64,000 bases of DNA, taken from NCBI GenBank assembly GCA_001244265.2, contig CDLV01000016.1, positions 992,001-1,056,000 on the forward strand, written 5' to 3'. Shown piece by piece: positions 50,561 to 63,022 of the stretch; positions within the stretch are counted from its first letter, which is position 1, and each line of letters starts with the position of its first letter. Position numbers and translations under genes: made by a program. The notes beneath the pieces were generated by a model. It was not told where the DNA came from, did not search any database, and worked only from the letters and a program-made list of their open reading frames with translations. This DNA is from Microbotryum violaceum. Its lineage: Eukaryota.

Positions 50561-50949
50561 TACCCTAACTAGTAAAAAAAGTGTGAGTTAAGGAATGTAC
50601 CTAAAATCGCTGTTTTTAATTAGGTTGCGGCCGCCTGTGGTGGATGTACCAGCATACTGTTGTGTCTGCCGCACCTGCCTGTGGTGTCCATGGTCCGATC
50701 AGAAGTCATGTACAAGCGCTGTGGTGACTTGTATTTTCCGCGCCGTTCCAACGAAGCTACAGCGCTCCCAGTATTTTCCTTCTTTTTTTCGCTCACATAA
50801 AACAATGCTTCCACTCATATTGCATTTAATGAACCGCAAGCGCGTGGCTTTTCATGATATTGCTTCTACAGCAGAGCTCTGCCTGACGTGCGAGGCGAGG
50901 GCTGGCGTTTGTCACGTGATGCGGTGCGCCGGCGGTGGAGTGTCATTCC

Positions 50950-53149
50950 GGCAGTCGACCAGCGGCATCAGGGGCTGAACAACCAATTTGCCCGTATGGC
51001 ATTCGACCAGCGGCATTAGGGGCTGAACAACAAATCAAACCACGTAAATAATCCTGCGCCACTCCCTCGAACCTTTCCTTTCTCCCTCCCACTCTCATCC
51101 AATTTTAGTGACACTCATTCAAGAACAAACCTTCGCTACTATGCCCCGGTCCCAAGGTCGCCAGGGAGGGCCATCGCAACCTCGCCAAGTCTTGGGCGCG
51201 AGGATAGCGGCGTACCATGGGCCAGCTCGAGCGCCCGCTGCTGGGCGCCCCGCGGCTCGACCCTCCTTTTCGTCCCGCACCGATCAACAGAATCAGCCCC
51301 CGGCGCGTCATGACAACAATGCAACCGATCTTGGCATTGCGACACGTATACGAGCCCGCCGTGCAGCTGTGCAGAACGGACAGCGTCGTCAGCGCGATGG
51401 CCAACTCGACGCTGGGCTCGCCCCACCACCACCTCCGCAAAGGCGAGTGCGCCGGGCTCGAATCGCGCTCAAACCCCTCAAGCCCCACCCACGTTTTCGC
51501 AGGGCAAGGTGCGGCTACCTCCCCCTCCCCAGCCCAATCTCGAGTATCGGCAGCTTCTTCAAGGCTCGGATAGCGGTCAGTTGCTCCGTCCAACAACATT
51601 CGTCTGCAGTAGACCCACATGCTGAATTGTGCGATGCACCTACACAGACGCTAAAGCATTCCGCGAGAATGCCCGGTCTTACAATAACGCGTTGTCCTTT
51701 ACTTCGCTCGCTGCCCACTGGGACCAAACCCAAGTGGGCACTCTAGGACCTCCCGTGTTTCGTGTGTTCGGCCGCCTCTATCATCGACTCGGTGCCCTGA
51801 TCCCTGCCGTGAATCAACGCCCAGCCTTTGCCCAGACATGGCTGATCGACCCGGCCGAGGCCACCGACACACGACTTCAAGGACCCGACAGCGCAGGGAC
51901 TCGCATTCAAAGATCAACGCTGACCAAGCTCGAGTCCATGTTGCGCACCGGCAATCGCTTTGTGAGGGAGTTCGCATCGGCCAAAGCCCGCGCGGGTTGG
52001 GATACGGCCAAAGAATGGGTCCTGCGCCTCTGCCTACCACCAGGCCGAGACCGACGCACCCACAACCTTCCTACGTCAAGCACGGAAATGGCGATGCTTA
52101 TCTGCGATTCCGACACCAACACGGGAGATCGTGGACCGCAGGACCTTATTCTCCAGGTGCACGGTGAGCGATGTCCCGATGGTCGGCCCAAGTACCAAGT
52201 CGTTAGCTCGCTCTATCCGTCCGCGATGCCTCTCCGTTACCCACTACTTTTTCCTGCAGGGGAAGATGGCTTCCACCCCAACATTCCTCTTTGCGGGTTC
52301 CACCAAGCCGGGCCGCCAGTCGCTAGAAACCGAGAGCAGATCGACAATGGTGTCCAATTGCGCGAGGTACTTGCCGGTCTTGGTCTGGATGACGAAGACG
52401 AACAGGAGGACGAAGACCGCGACAATGAGGATGAAGACGGCGAGAAAGGGGACGAAGAGGATGGTGATGGCGAACGTACGCGTCTTCGGCTCTTTCTCTG
52501 AGGCTCCATTCTGTCTAAGGCGCAAGCACAGACTGACATTGAACTTTTGAACACCTAGGACGAAGGTCAAGTAAAGGGGTCGAGGTGGTGAGTCTCGCGT
52601 TCACAATTCTTTGCGCACTACTTGCCGAACGCGACGAGTACTTCTCAATCCCGCATTGCAACCAACGTCCTTTCCTGGAGTTTGTGATTTACGGATGTAC
52701 TCCCAAATCAAGACCGACTGACTCAGGCTTGACCCCGAACCAAATTGCGACATCACGCAGCGATACCAGGATGCGATGGCGTGCGTTGTCAAACATGGAA
52801 AGCCTCCGCTGCTCATCACGATGACGTACGACCCCGAAGCACCGGAATTCAAGGCTGCACTGGGGCTGAATGACAAAGCATGCACCCGTCCGGATCTCAT
52901 TGCACAAGTGTTTGAAGCCAAATCCGGCAACAAGCGACATGCAGGCTGTTTCGGCGATGAATGTAGGATGAATGGATTTGTTTCTTTGCTGTACTTCGTA
53001 GGGTGTTTTCTTAACCTCTGCGCTGAGATCATGTAGACTGTTCGATTATCCTGCTTTTCTTTTTAATTTGATCCTCCCGTTAATTTAACGGGTTCCCACT
53101 GGTCTCTTCAAAAATCCCGAAAGCATTGCTTCGTCCAGACCGTTCCTAG
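50950..53149 (+). mobile_element. Internally deleted Helitron (RepHel N-terminal remnant) with an intact 3' terminus
   Basis: FRENARSYNNALSFTSL, FRVFGRLYHRLGAL, NLPTSSTEMA, PLRYPLLFP.GEDGFH, YQDAMA..GKPPLLITMT..RPDLIAQVF. 3' hairpin CGAAAGCATTGCTTCG (~53118-53133), then CTAG at 53146-53149 followed by T. The 5' end was not located. Confidence 0.88.
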
Positions 53150-53185
53150 TTACATGAACATCGCATCTCCTTCTCATCAGACTGC

Positions 53186-54137
53186 TCATTTCGTCTTTTT
53201 TCGAGCTCGTTTGCCCTCGTCTCCTTCTGTCTCTCGTCCAATTCCCCACGGTTCATCTCGATTCAAAGCAGTGTCCTTGGTCTCCTTCGTCGCCCCATCT
53301 TCCTCGACTTTCCCGTACTTCTCCCTCACCGCCCAACTCCAACACGCCATCTCCAACTCCTCCGCGCTCCCCCACCCCTCCTCCTCCAACCTCACCTTGA
53401 ATACCTCGCAAAACCGTTTATAAGCCTTTTCCGTATATTCGGGTTTCTCAGTCGGGAAAAAGACGGTCCATGCTTCGTCGGAAAGGAATGGATCGGTTCG
53501 AGGACGGTAGAGGGAGAGAAGGGCCGAGGAGGTCGCTGGGCCGATACCGCGTAGGGTGGACAGTAAAGGGACGAGCGAGAGGGATGGAGTCGAGCGTTCG
53601 AGCAGAGGGGTGAGGACGGAGTCGATGAGCGTAGTCGGGTTCGAGGCTGCGAGCTCGATTAAGCGCGGTCGGAATTTGCCTCGCTGAATGAGAGGTGGGG
53701 TGAGGTCGGAGCGAGAGGTGCAGTGACAGCCGTCAGCTCGGACATGTCGCAAAAAGGATACGATGCTCTGCTCATTTCCAGCTACGGATACTTACTGCCA
53801 ACTTCCATCTCATCAGATTGGTCAAGTCATCCCTGTCCAACGGCACCAACTGATTCGCCGAGTTCTTTGTCTTGGTTTTGGGCTTGGTCGCACCGTGGTC
53901 AGCATCCCCAGGGGCGCTAATGCCGAGCTTGTGTCTCAGATCGACTCGAAACCAATGATCGAGTTCGACGAGTTCTTTGGACGACTTTGATGCGTTCGCT
54001 CGAAGTGCGAGTGAGGTGGGGTAGTGCGACAGAGCGGTGCGCAGTTGAGCCAAAGCCGGGGTCGAGCAAGTGGGGGAGCTTGACGACGGGGTGCACGTGG
54101 AGGTGGACGCTGGGGCTTTGCGTTTGGTGGGTGGCAT
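53186..54137 (-). CDS. Amun-like helix-hairpin-helix (DNA-glycosylase-like) conserved protein (2 exons)
   Basis: LVELDHWF..LMRWKLA|RGKFRPRL..LSTLRGIGPATSSALL..PFLSDEA..YT...Y. Intron 53684-53795. Confidence 0.78.
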
Positions 54138-54450
54138 CGGGCCAAGGTAGAAGCTGGACAGGAGTCGAAGAGTCCGAGGGGTGAGCTGACAGGGGAGCAA
54201 GGCGCACTCGGAGGTTGCGTCACCGGTGCGGACTGCAATCGTGGGGGTTTGAGGGAGATCGAGTTTGATCGGGGGAGCCAACAAGTGGAGGCGAGTGGGG
54301 AAGGTTGTGCTCCTCTTGGGACTGGTGCGCAGCTCTCTCCCTCTTGCGCTCTCGTCACCCCGTCGCACCACCTTCAACGTCCCAGAGTCTCTCACACCAA
54401 GCTTCCAGCGATTGACAGTGCACTCGTTCAGCTCAAAGTGCCTGCACAGG

Positions 54451-57400
54451 ATGCACTCCCCCTTCTGGATCGATGAGCTCATTAGTTCGACCGAGTTAGG
54501 CACCGATGCCGTCACCGCCACGCTCTTTCATCGTCAGTTGACGCACACAGTACCTTGTTTGAGCTTCATACTGATCAGACCTGAGTGTTGATAGGCGATC
54601 GAATTTACCTGGGGACGGACAAGGGCTCGCTGCTCGTCTTTGAGCTCGCACACGCCTCGACCAGCAGGGGTACGTCGTTACGGCCAAGCCATCTTAGCCC
54701 CTAGACGCACTCCACCGACTGATCAAGCTACTATCATCGCTCAACCGTACAGCTCCTCCATCGACCAAACTGGCGCTCAAGCAGCCAGCGTTGGCCAAGC
54801 GCCCGATCGAGCAGCTCGTCGCGCTTGATGAGATCGATGCGATCGCCTGTCTTGCAGGTGGGACGGGACAACCGAGCTCATTCGGAGATCCTGGAAGCTT
54901 GGACTTTCAGCGCTGACGAGGATGCCGTTCCTGCTGTCACACAGGCGGAGACTTGTCGATCCACTCCATGTCCTCCTTAACGCTCCGATCATCGTTCAAT
55001 CAGCTCACCCGTGCGACGTGCTCCTCGATCGCCCGTACGACTTCTTCTACGTCAGTCTCAACGACCAAGCAGAATACGAACCATATCGTCCTCGCTCTTG
55101 CATGTCGACGTCGTCTGATACTCCTCTCGTGGACCGGGTCGGGCGCCAACGCCGTCGTCTCGAACAAGGAGATCGCTCTCCCGCATCAAGTTCGAGGCAT
55201 GTCCTTCACCGAGGACGAAGGCGAGACGGAAACGAGCCTCAAATTGGTTCTAGGCTTCTCGACGGGAGAGTTTGGGATCACCACCGTCCCCAAGGTCAAG
55301 CATTCGGCCGAATTCGGATCCGAGTCGACGGAGAGGAGCAAAATTCCTAAGTCCCCACCAGGGATCGCGGCTGCGCCAAACTCGGCATCCGGGAAGCTCG
55401 ATCAACCTGTACTTGGCGAACTCTTTACTCCGACTTTGGCCGGCGCTGTGACAAAGGACGCCGCCCCGACTTTGCCCACTGTGGTGTCATCGACCGCGAT
55501 TGAAGGCGGCAAATCCTCTGCACTGGGGTCGCTCGGACTGGGCGGACTGTCACTGTCGGCGTTGACCACGAAGAAGATCGACAAGAACGAGGTTGTTCTC
55601 ATACCGCGGAAGAGGAGGAAAATGAAGAGCGAGGCGAGTGAGGGGCAGTCGGAGGAAGAGAACAGGCGGAGAGCCGAGGAGGACTGGCTGTATGGTAAAG
55701 AGTGGGGATGGGACGATCAGGACGAAGGAGAGAAAGGGTTCGGAAGCAAAGTGCTCGTCGTTCGAGATAGTAAGTCCCGAGCTGCAATCTCGTTGTCACG
55801 GTTAGAGTCTGACCGGTGCCCGTCGCCTCTCCTTGCAGACCTCGCTCAAGAGCTCGACATTTCCAGCGGACAAGTGCCTCGCACCTCACTGGGCAGCATC
55901 TCGTACCCGTCACCTGTAGAGGAGACGGTCGTCACTCCGCCTTTTATCATTTCGCTTCTTTCCAACTCGACTCTATCGATCCACACGACCGATACGCTCA
56001 GATCCGTCCAAGCGCTCGACTTGCCCATGCAGTCGAATTCTTTGATCGTATCCAATCCTGGTGCGAATAAGATCCAGACCTCGGCGAGACTGTTGACGCC
56101 TTCTTCGAGTTCATCCCCACCCTTGTTCGTTTTGACGACCTCCTCGACGGGTGCAGCGACAGCTGGTGCGACCGCACCGATCGTTTCGCAAACACTTTGG
56201 ATCGTTCGCTCGCAATCCTGGATCGAACAAATCGAAGCGCTCGGTGCGCAGGGACTGTGGTCGAAAGCAATTCAATTGTTTCGTCTCGCACTCCCCTTTT
56301 CCGAATCGGCTTCTCAGCAACTTTCGATGGAGACTTTGAAGCGATTGAAACTTTTGAGGAGTTGGGAGTTGTTCAATGAGGGACGGTTTGGATTGGCCGT
56401 CGATGCGTTCATTAAGTTGGAGGTCTCGGCCGTCAAGGTCGTTGGACTGTATCCGGAACGAATCGCGGGACGATTGGTGAGAAATGATGCTGAGAAGGAG
56501 GAGGCTTTCGGAGGTCGCAAGGTCGAGGATGCGCGGGCAATGGAAGAAGCTAAACCCACGGAGGAGGAGGCCGAGACGAAGATGTTGTCTGGTGATGCGG
56601 TAGACAGCTCAACAACATCGTCACCATCGCATCATCACTTTTCACTCGCCACGCGGTTGAGGGAATTTACGATCGGTAGCTCTTCCGCCACTCCTTCGTC
56701 ACCGAATTCGACGATCCGATCGAGCTCGGTCGACTCGGCCCGACTTGGCACCAATAGTTCGGAAGAGGCACAGCAAAAGGCGTTCAACGTATCGGTCGAC
56801 GAGCTGATTCGATTCCTCACCGATCGAAGACAGCAAATCAACAAGGCACTATCCCTCCTCCCACCATCTCGAAGACCGCTATCCTCGCGACTGCGACCTC
56901 AAGTGACAAAGGAGCAACTTGACGACATTCCTGATCGACCGGTCGCGCAACTTAGTATCGAACATCTTGCCCGATTGGCGCAGGTCGTAGATACAGCGCT
57001 CTTTAAAAGCTATCTCGCGACCAAGCCTGTTATGGTAGGGCCGTTATGCAGGATCGATAATTGGTGCGAGGTCGAGGAGGTCGAAGAGGCGCTGCTGGAA
57101 AAGAAGGTGAGATCAGTCTCGGCTTAGAGTGTGAACGTAGGAGGAGGGACGCTGATTCTGCCACCTTTTTGTTGTTGATCATGAGCAGAAGTACCGGGAG
57201 CTTTTGGACCTCTACAATGGCAAGAGCACGCACCAAAAGGCCGTCAAATTGTTGCGCAGGTGGGCGAGACGTACTTTGCCTAGTCAGGTTCGAGTCCACG
57301 ACTGACCGCCGCAGGATGTCGATCGCACAGAATTGCCGAAGACGAAGATGACCCCGACAAAAAAGTCGAGCCGACGATTCGATACGTGCAAAAAGTAGGA

Positions 57401-58390
57401 CCTGGTCATCTGTCGACGATCTTCGAAGCTTCGGAGTGGGTTTTTGCGACCCATCGGGCTAAGGGCCTCGAGATCTTTATCGCCGACTTGGAAGAGGTCG
57501 AAGCCTTGCCGCGACATGAAGTTATGCAACATTTGGAAGGGGTTGGCGAGGAGGCTTGCATGCGGTATTTGGAACATGTTGTGCACGAGTTGGATGAGAG
57601 AGGAGCCGAGTTTCATGAGAAATTGATCGAGGTTTACTTGAGGAGGGTGTTGGAGGGTGGGCAAGGTAACGTTGGGGATGAAGAGGGGTACAAGAAACTA
57701 CTCGCTTTTCTCGAGGCGTCAAAATCGTACCGTGCGGATCGAATGTTGGGACGATTACCCGTTTCAGATTCGACCTCGGTGGTCGCTGGAACGAGAAATT
57801 CGAGCATGACTAAGAAGGACGAAGCGCTCGCGCTCGTTCGTGCACTCTTGTTGGGTCGTCTCGGTCGACACGAAGGCGCATTACAAATTTACGTTTACCA
57901 ACTCTTCGCTCCTGAACTCGCAGAGGAGTATTGTCGTCGCGTCGTCGCTACCGAACAAGATATCTTTCACATCCTCTTACGCATCTACCTACGCCCGAGG
58001 AGGAACGATCAAAAAATCATGTTCGAACCTGCGTTGGAGTTGATCAAAAAGAATGCGCTTTACCTCGACCCCATCGTCGTCTTTGATCTTCTACCACCGT
58101 TGATCTCGATAGGGAAACTTAAAATCTTTCTTGAGAAAACGTTACGTCGTTCCGTCCAAGTCAAGAATGAGACACTCGTACTCAAGGGGATTACGAAAAG
58201 TTTTTTGGAGAAAGAGGAGAGGGATAAAGTTGATTTGGAAGAGAGGAGGGTCAAGATTAATGAAGGGAGGGTTTGTCCCGTTTGTGGTAAACGTTTGGGG
58301 AAGAGCGTTTTGGCGATCTTTTTACCGAGGGGTGAGGTGGGTCATTATCAGTGTCGTGAGGCGTTTCAGCAGAGTAGGATGGACTTGTAG
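54451..58390 (+). CDS. VPS39: HOPS/vCLAMP subunit Vps39/Vam6
   Basis: CNH-like N-terminus, VDTALFKSYL..GPLCRIDNWC, YLEHVV..FHEKL, LLGRLGRHEGAL, and C-terminal CPVCGKRLG..HYQC. Confidence 0.9.
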
Positions 58391-58577
58391 GGTTTTGTGC
58401 CTGGGGGTGGGTGTAATATTATCAAAAGTGCGTAGTTTAGATCTCTCTCTAAACCTCGGGATTAGGGGGAAACACTTTTATTGGAAAACAAGGACAGTTG
58501 TATTACACACACTCTTTCTGCAACCCAAAAGCACGAATTCCCCCCCCCCCCTCATCAACTCTCATCAACTCAATAAA

Positions 58578-61500
58578 TCACCCCCCTCGAACTCGAAACG
58601 ATAACCCCTTCCCTTCCCCTTCCCCAGGCTCGAAATCATCATTCGAGTTCAAAGTCGACGACGACATTTCCCTCGTAGTAGGATTCGTATTCGAATGATT
58701 CGCATGTTTCGATCCAGTCGAAGAACCGAAATCGAAATGGAATAACCTAGAACGAGTTTTGGTTTTCTTCTTTGAACCTTCTTCTTCAAAGGCGGTCGTT
58801 GTTCCTAATGGGGGTTGTGATTTTGAAGAAGAGGAGAATAAGGATCGTGTTGAACGAGTGAAATTTTCGGTATCGTAGAGAAGTGAGGTAGGATTATTAG
58901 TAGAAGAGGTTGAAGGGATTGGGGGTGCGTAACAGGTTTCGATTAATGAACTTGAACTTGAGGATCGGTTATGAGGTTCCTTTGCTGAAGGTGTGGTTGG
59001 TGGGGTTGGTTGAGGGAGGTGAGGAAGTGATTTTTGAGTTGGTGTTGCTCGGGTGGTTGGATCAAAGATGACTTCGTCCGTGGAGCGTAGGGACCAACTT
59101 TGGCCTGAGGTAGGGGAGATGAGTGTTGGGTTTGAGTTGGGATGATTAGTTCCATTTCCGTTTACGTTGTAGGAGTTTCTTTGAGTTGTGCTGATTGGGG
59201 GTGGTAGGAATTTGGAACGATTACTTGAAGTGTAGGATTTGATTGAGCGTCGATCGGAGGAGTTGACTACTACGCTCGAAGGTCGATAACCGTTCATGGG
59301 TGGTGGTCCGATAGGTGCGATTAGTGGTGGGGTGTAAGGAACGCCTCTCAGGGAATCGATGGAGGAAGTCGAGGCGGAACGCGTCTTGGAGAGCGAATTC
59401 ATCGATGGAGGACAGAAACGACGCGCGTTGGGTACCTTGGTTAGCGTCGATAAGGGTGGGGGTGGAGCTAGTTCCTCGCTGGTCGGAAGTGAATCCATAG
59501 TCGTATCGTAGAATCCGTACACCGGTCTCGGACCCGCATACCCATTCGATCGAGTTGGTACCTGAGAGTCGGATTGATGACGTGGGAAAAGATCGCCACG
59601 TGCCGGAGCGGGTGGGACCGAACTGGCTTGTTGCTGCTTTTTGTCATTCCCTCCACCTCCAACCAGTTTCGAGAAAAATCCCTTGAGTCCCTTCTTCTTT
59701 TTGGCCAATCCGCTTTCCTTTTCAGATAGTTTTTTACCCCGTAAAAGTTCACCTTCTTCGTCACGATGAAGTAGTCCGTCATTGACGTAGGTGCAAGCTT
59801 CGTTACCTATGTTGGGGTGTCGAGCGACGTACGAATCCGACATTGACGGATAGCCCGGATTGAGATAAGGATGATGACCTCCGCCAGTCGGATGATTTGA
59901 GATCGTCGACGAGAGGAAACCACTTCGTCCGTGATGATGTTGGTAATTCGCTAGACCATGTTGAGCATGTTGGTACCGATCTGCTTCGAGCCCTAGATGC
60001 ATCTCGACCATCGATCCACTAGGTGCGAAACTGGGCGCGAACGAGAGCACCGACTGTGATGCCGACTGACGAAATTTGGACCAGGTCGATACGCGTCGGT
60101 TCGTGTGGAGCGAGGAGCGGTCGTCTTGGGGGTACAAGAAGGAAGGTGCTCGACCGGGTGAAGAAGGAGGGTGACCAAATTGGGGTGGTGGGGAACCGCC
60201 GTCGGTGCCGTCGCGCGGCGTCGCACGCGTCGAATTGGGCCGCGACGAGATGGAGCGCAAGTCAGTCGAGCTGCGGCCAAACTTGTTCGCAAAAGAGGTG
60301 AATCCCGTCGACGGTGAAGGTGTCGTCAAAGTCGATGCTCGATCGCGCAAGTTTGGTGAGGCGGACCCTCCGTTCGTCATCGCGACGCTTGTGCTCAGGA
60401 TAGGGTTCGAAGATCGTCGCAGCGGGTTCGAGAGCCAAGGCTGATCGCCATGGGCGTAGTTGCGAACCGAAGCCGAGGCGGGGGATGGCTGGAGAGTAGG
60501 GAGAGATGGTGTGGAGGTGGGTATCGACATGCTAGAGTTGCGATGGTCGTATGCATTCGTGAGCGGTGCCGAAGAAGAGGTGGGTTCGTTCTGCAGTGAC
60601 GTGCGCGACTGATTCGGCCCTTGAGCACGGGATATGCGTTCGTCCATGGCGTCGAGGGGCAAGTGTGCCGACCCTCTCCATGGCGACGACGATCGTGGCT
60701 GGTGATGGCGGGGACCAAAGGTCGCAGGACCAGCAGCCGTAGGACTCGACAAAGTGGCGGCGAGAGCAGAGCCGGCCGAGTTCAAGACGGGGAGCTGATA
60801 CGAGTCACCTTCATAGTGTTCGCTTCTAATTTCCCTGTGGAGCTGCTGTTGCTGGGCTTCGCGTTTCTGTCGATGCAGCTCGTTAAAGTGGACCTGGGTC
60901 GCGAGGTAGGTCTGCAACGTTCGCCAGCGATGAGCTGAAGCCGGTGGGTTCTGCGACGCAAAAGAGGTGTCAGCGGGGGGCCAAATTTACGAGAGGGTGG
61001 AAAAGTGGACTGACCATGCTCGTCCACAACTTGAGCGCGGCGGTCGTCAAAGGGTGACCTCGTCCTATCCGCTTCCTCGTCATGATCGATGATGCTCCTC
61101 CTCCGCTAAGGGCATGACCGTACGAACTCGGTCCCGTCGCCGATTCGCGACTACCTCCTGCCGTCCTTCTTATACCGTTGATGGAACCATGCGCTCCAAG
61201 ACTGCCACTCTCTTCGGAACCTCCTGCTCCTGCTCCGGTCTTGTGGTGATCGGAATTGGTCATGGTCGCGGCGATTTCGTCGTCCCATCTGAGCGCGTCC
61301 TCAAAATCAATGTCCGAATCGCGATCCCATACGTGAGGCCCGGTGACGTCGACGTCGTCCATGTCCTTGTCGCGCATCATGCACTCGACGCAGACTTCGG
61401 GTTGAGGGATTAGGTGGGGAGGTGGGAGGGCGGCGACGGGTCGTGGAGGGTCGATAAAGTCGAGGGGTGCCGAGGTCGAGGCGGAGAAGGGGAGAGGGAG

Positions 61501-62481
61501 GGCGATGGTGGGGGAGGCGGCGGGGGACGAGGCCGAGGTCGGTGCTGGACCGAGTAGAGGTGCGTTGCGAAGGACCGAACTACGACCGACGCCGGCCATG
61601 GAGCCTGAAGGTTGTTCGACCGCGGAGGTGGTCGTGGTCGTGGTCGTGGCCGTGGTGATGGGGGGCGGGAGAGGGGATCTCGGACTGGTAAAGGGGTCAA
61701 CTTTGGCGGCTGTGGGTGCGTCGGTGCCCAAGGGGGAGGTGAATACTTGAGGTATGGTGCTCAGCGAGAGGTTGCGACCGGACACGGCAGGTCGGGTCGA
61801 GGTCTCGGCTGGATCGGCGCTGGTGGTCGTGACGGGCAGCGAAGCCGAACGGACCGGTGCTCCCGGTACGAGAGATGGCGGGAGAGCAGGTGACAGGGTA
61901 GGAACGGGTTGGCACAGTGGCACAAAAGGGGCATAGCTCGCGCCGGGTGGAAGACTGGCGCTGGCACTCGCACTCGTGCTCGCAGCGGCGAACGTCGGAT
62001 AGGGGGGCGACGGCGAGGACGAGGACGGGAGGTGATAGGATGTCGTTTGAACATGCACGCGCGTTGATGGCTGCTGGTGACGGGTGGGGCTGGTGTGGTC
62101 ACGTCGTCGTGGTCGTGGTCGTCTTGAAGGAGGAGGAGGAGCTTGAGTGCCAGCACGAGTGCCGGTGCTGTGGTCGGTCGAGCGTGGAGGTGAGCGTGGA
62201 GGTGACGGTGGAGGTGAGCGTGACCGGGATTTGCCCGTGTCCGTGTCGTACACCGAGGTCAAAATCGACGTCGACGCGCGTGTACGGGACGAGGTAGACT
62301 CGTAGGTGATCGTTCCCATCGGAATCAAATAAGGTTGTGGTGGCTGGACCGGGTTAGACGCGTCGTCGTCGTCGTCGTCGTCGTCGGCGGCGGTGGTGGT
62401 GCGAGTCGTCACCGTCACTGAGCTCGTGTGCCGATGATCAGATCGAGGCGGTTGCCTGAGCGTCGACGTCGACGAGTCCAT
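58578..62481 (-). CDS. Large Ser/Pro-rich low-complexity protein with a short conserved-looking core (2 exons)
   Basis: The 521-aa and 779-aa ORFs are joined by an intron at ~60951-61013. Core motif PEVCVECMMRDKDMDDVDVTG..WDRDSDIDF. Confidence 0.75.
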
Positions 62482-63022
62482 TTCCGAGCACGACCAGATT
62501 ACACCGTCATGCGTCGTACCAGTACACGCTCTCAACGCGAGACTGCGGTCCGAGTCGTCCGCCGGCGATCAGCACATGTGCCAGCATTCATGAGGAGTCT
62601 GAGACCCAGAGCAGAGACGGACACTCACCAGCTGACACGCGTGCGGACGGTTAATGTAGGAAGAACGATCTTGACAGAGAGGAAAGCAGCACAATCTGAA
62701 ACGCGTGTGTGGTGTGCGCGCACGAGCACGAGCACGAGCACACGCCGCCCCGTCGTCAGGCCGCGTCAGGAGTGATAGTCAGCGACTTGTTCAAGTCTAT
62801 TTAAGTCTATTTGCGCTATTAGCCCTGCGTTTACCGCCTGCGCTTGCCGCCTGGGCTTGCCGCCTGCGCTGGACTGATCACGCGCCCGCTCGCGCTCTCA
62901 CTCGCGCCCACTCGCGCTCGGACCCACTCGGCACACTCTTCAGCGCCTCAGCGATCTCAGCAGCTCTTGGCACCCGCGCGGCTCATCCCACACGCACCCA
63001 CCTCCCTCAACCGCCGCCGACG

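Noticed and set aside
55770..55838. Stop-free 69-nt segment read through in the VPS39 ORF
   Set aside because: It has a canonical GTAAGT donor, CTGAC branch and CAG acceptor. It is most simply an ordinary in-frame intron.
57283..57306. GGTTCGAGTCC, tRNA T-loop/B-box-like, in a VPS39 intron
   Set aside because: No acceptor, D or anticodon stems can be formed.
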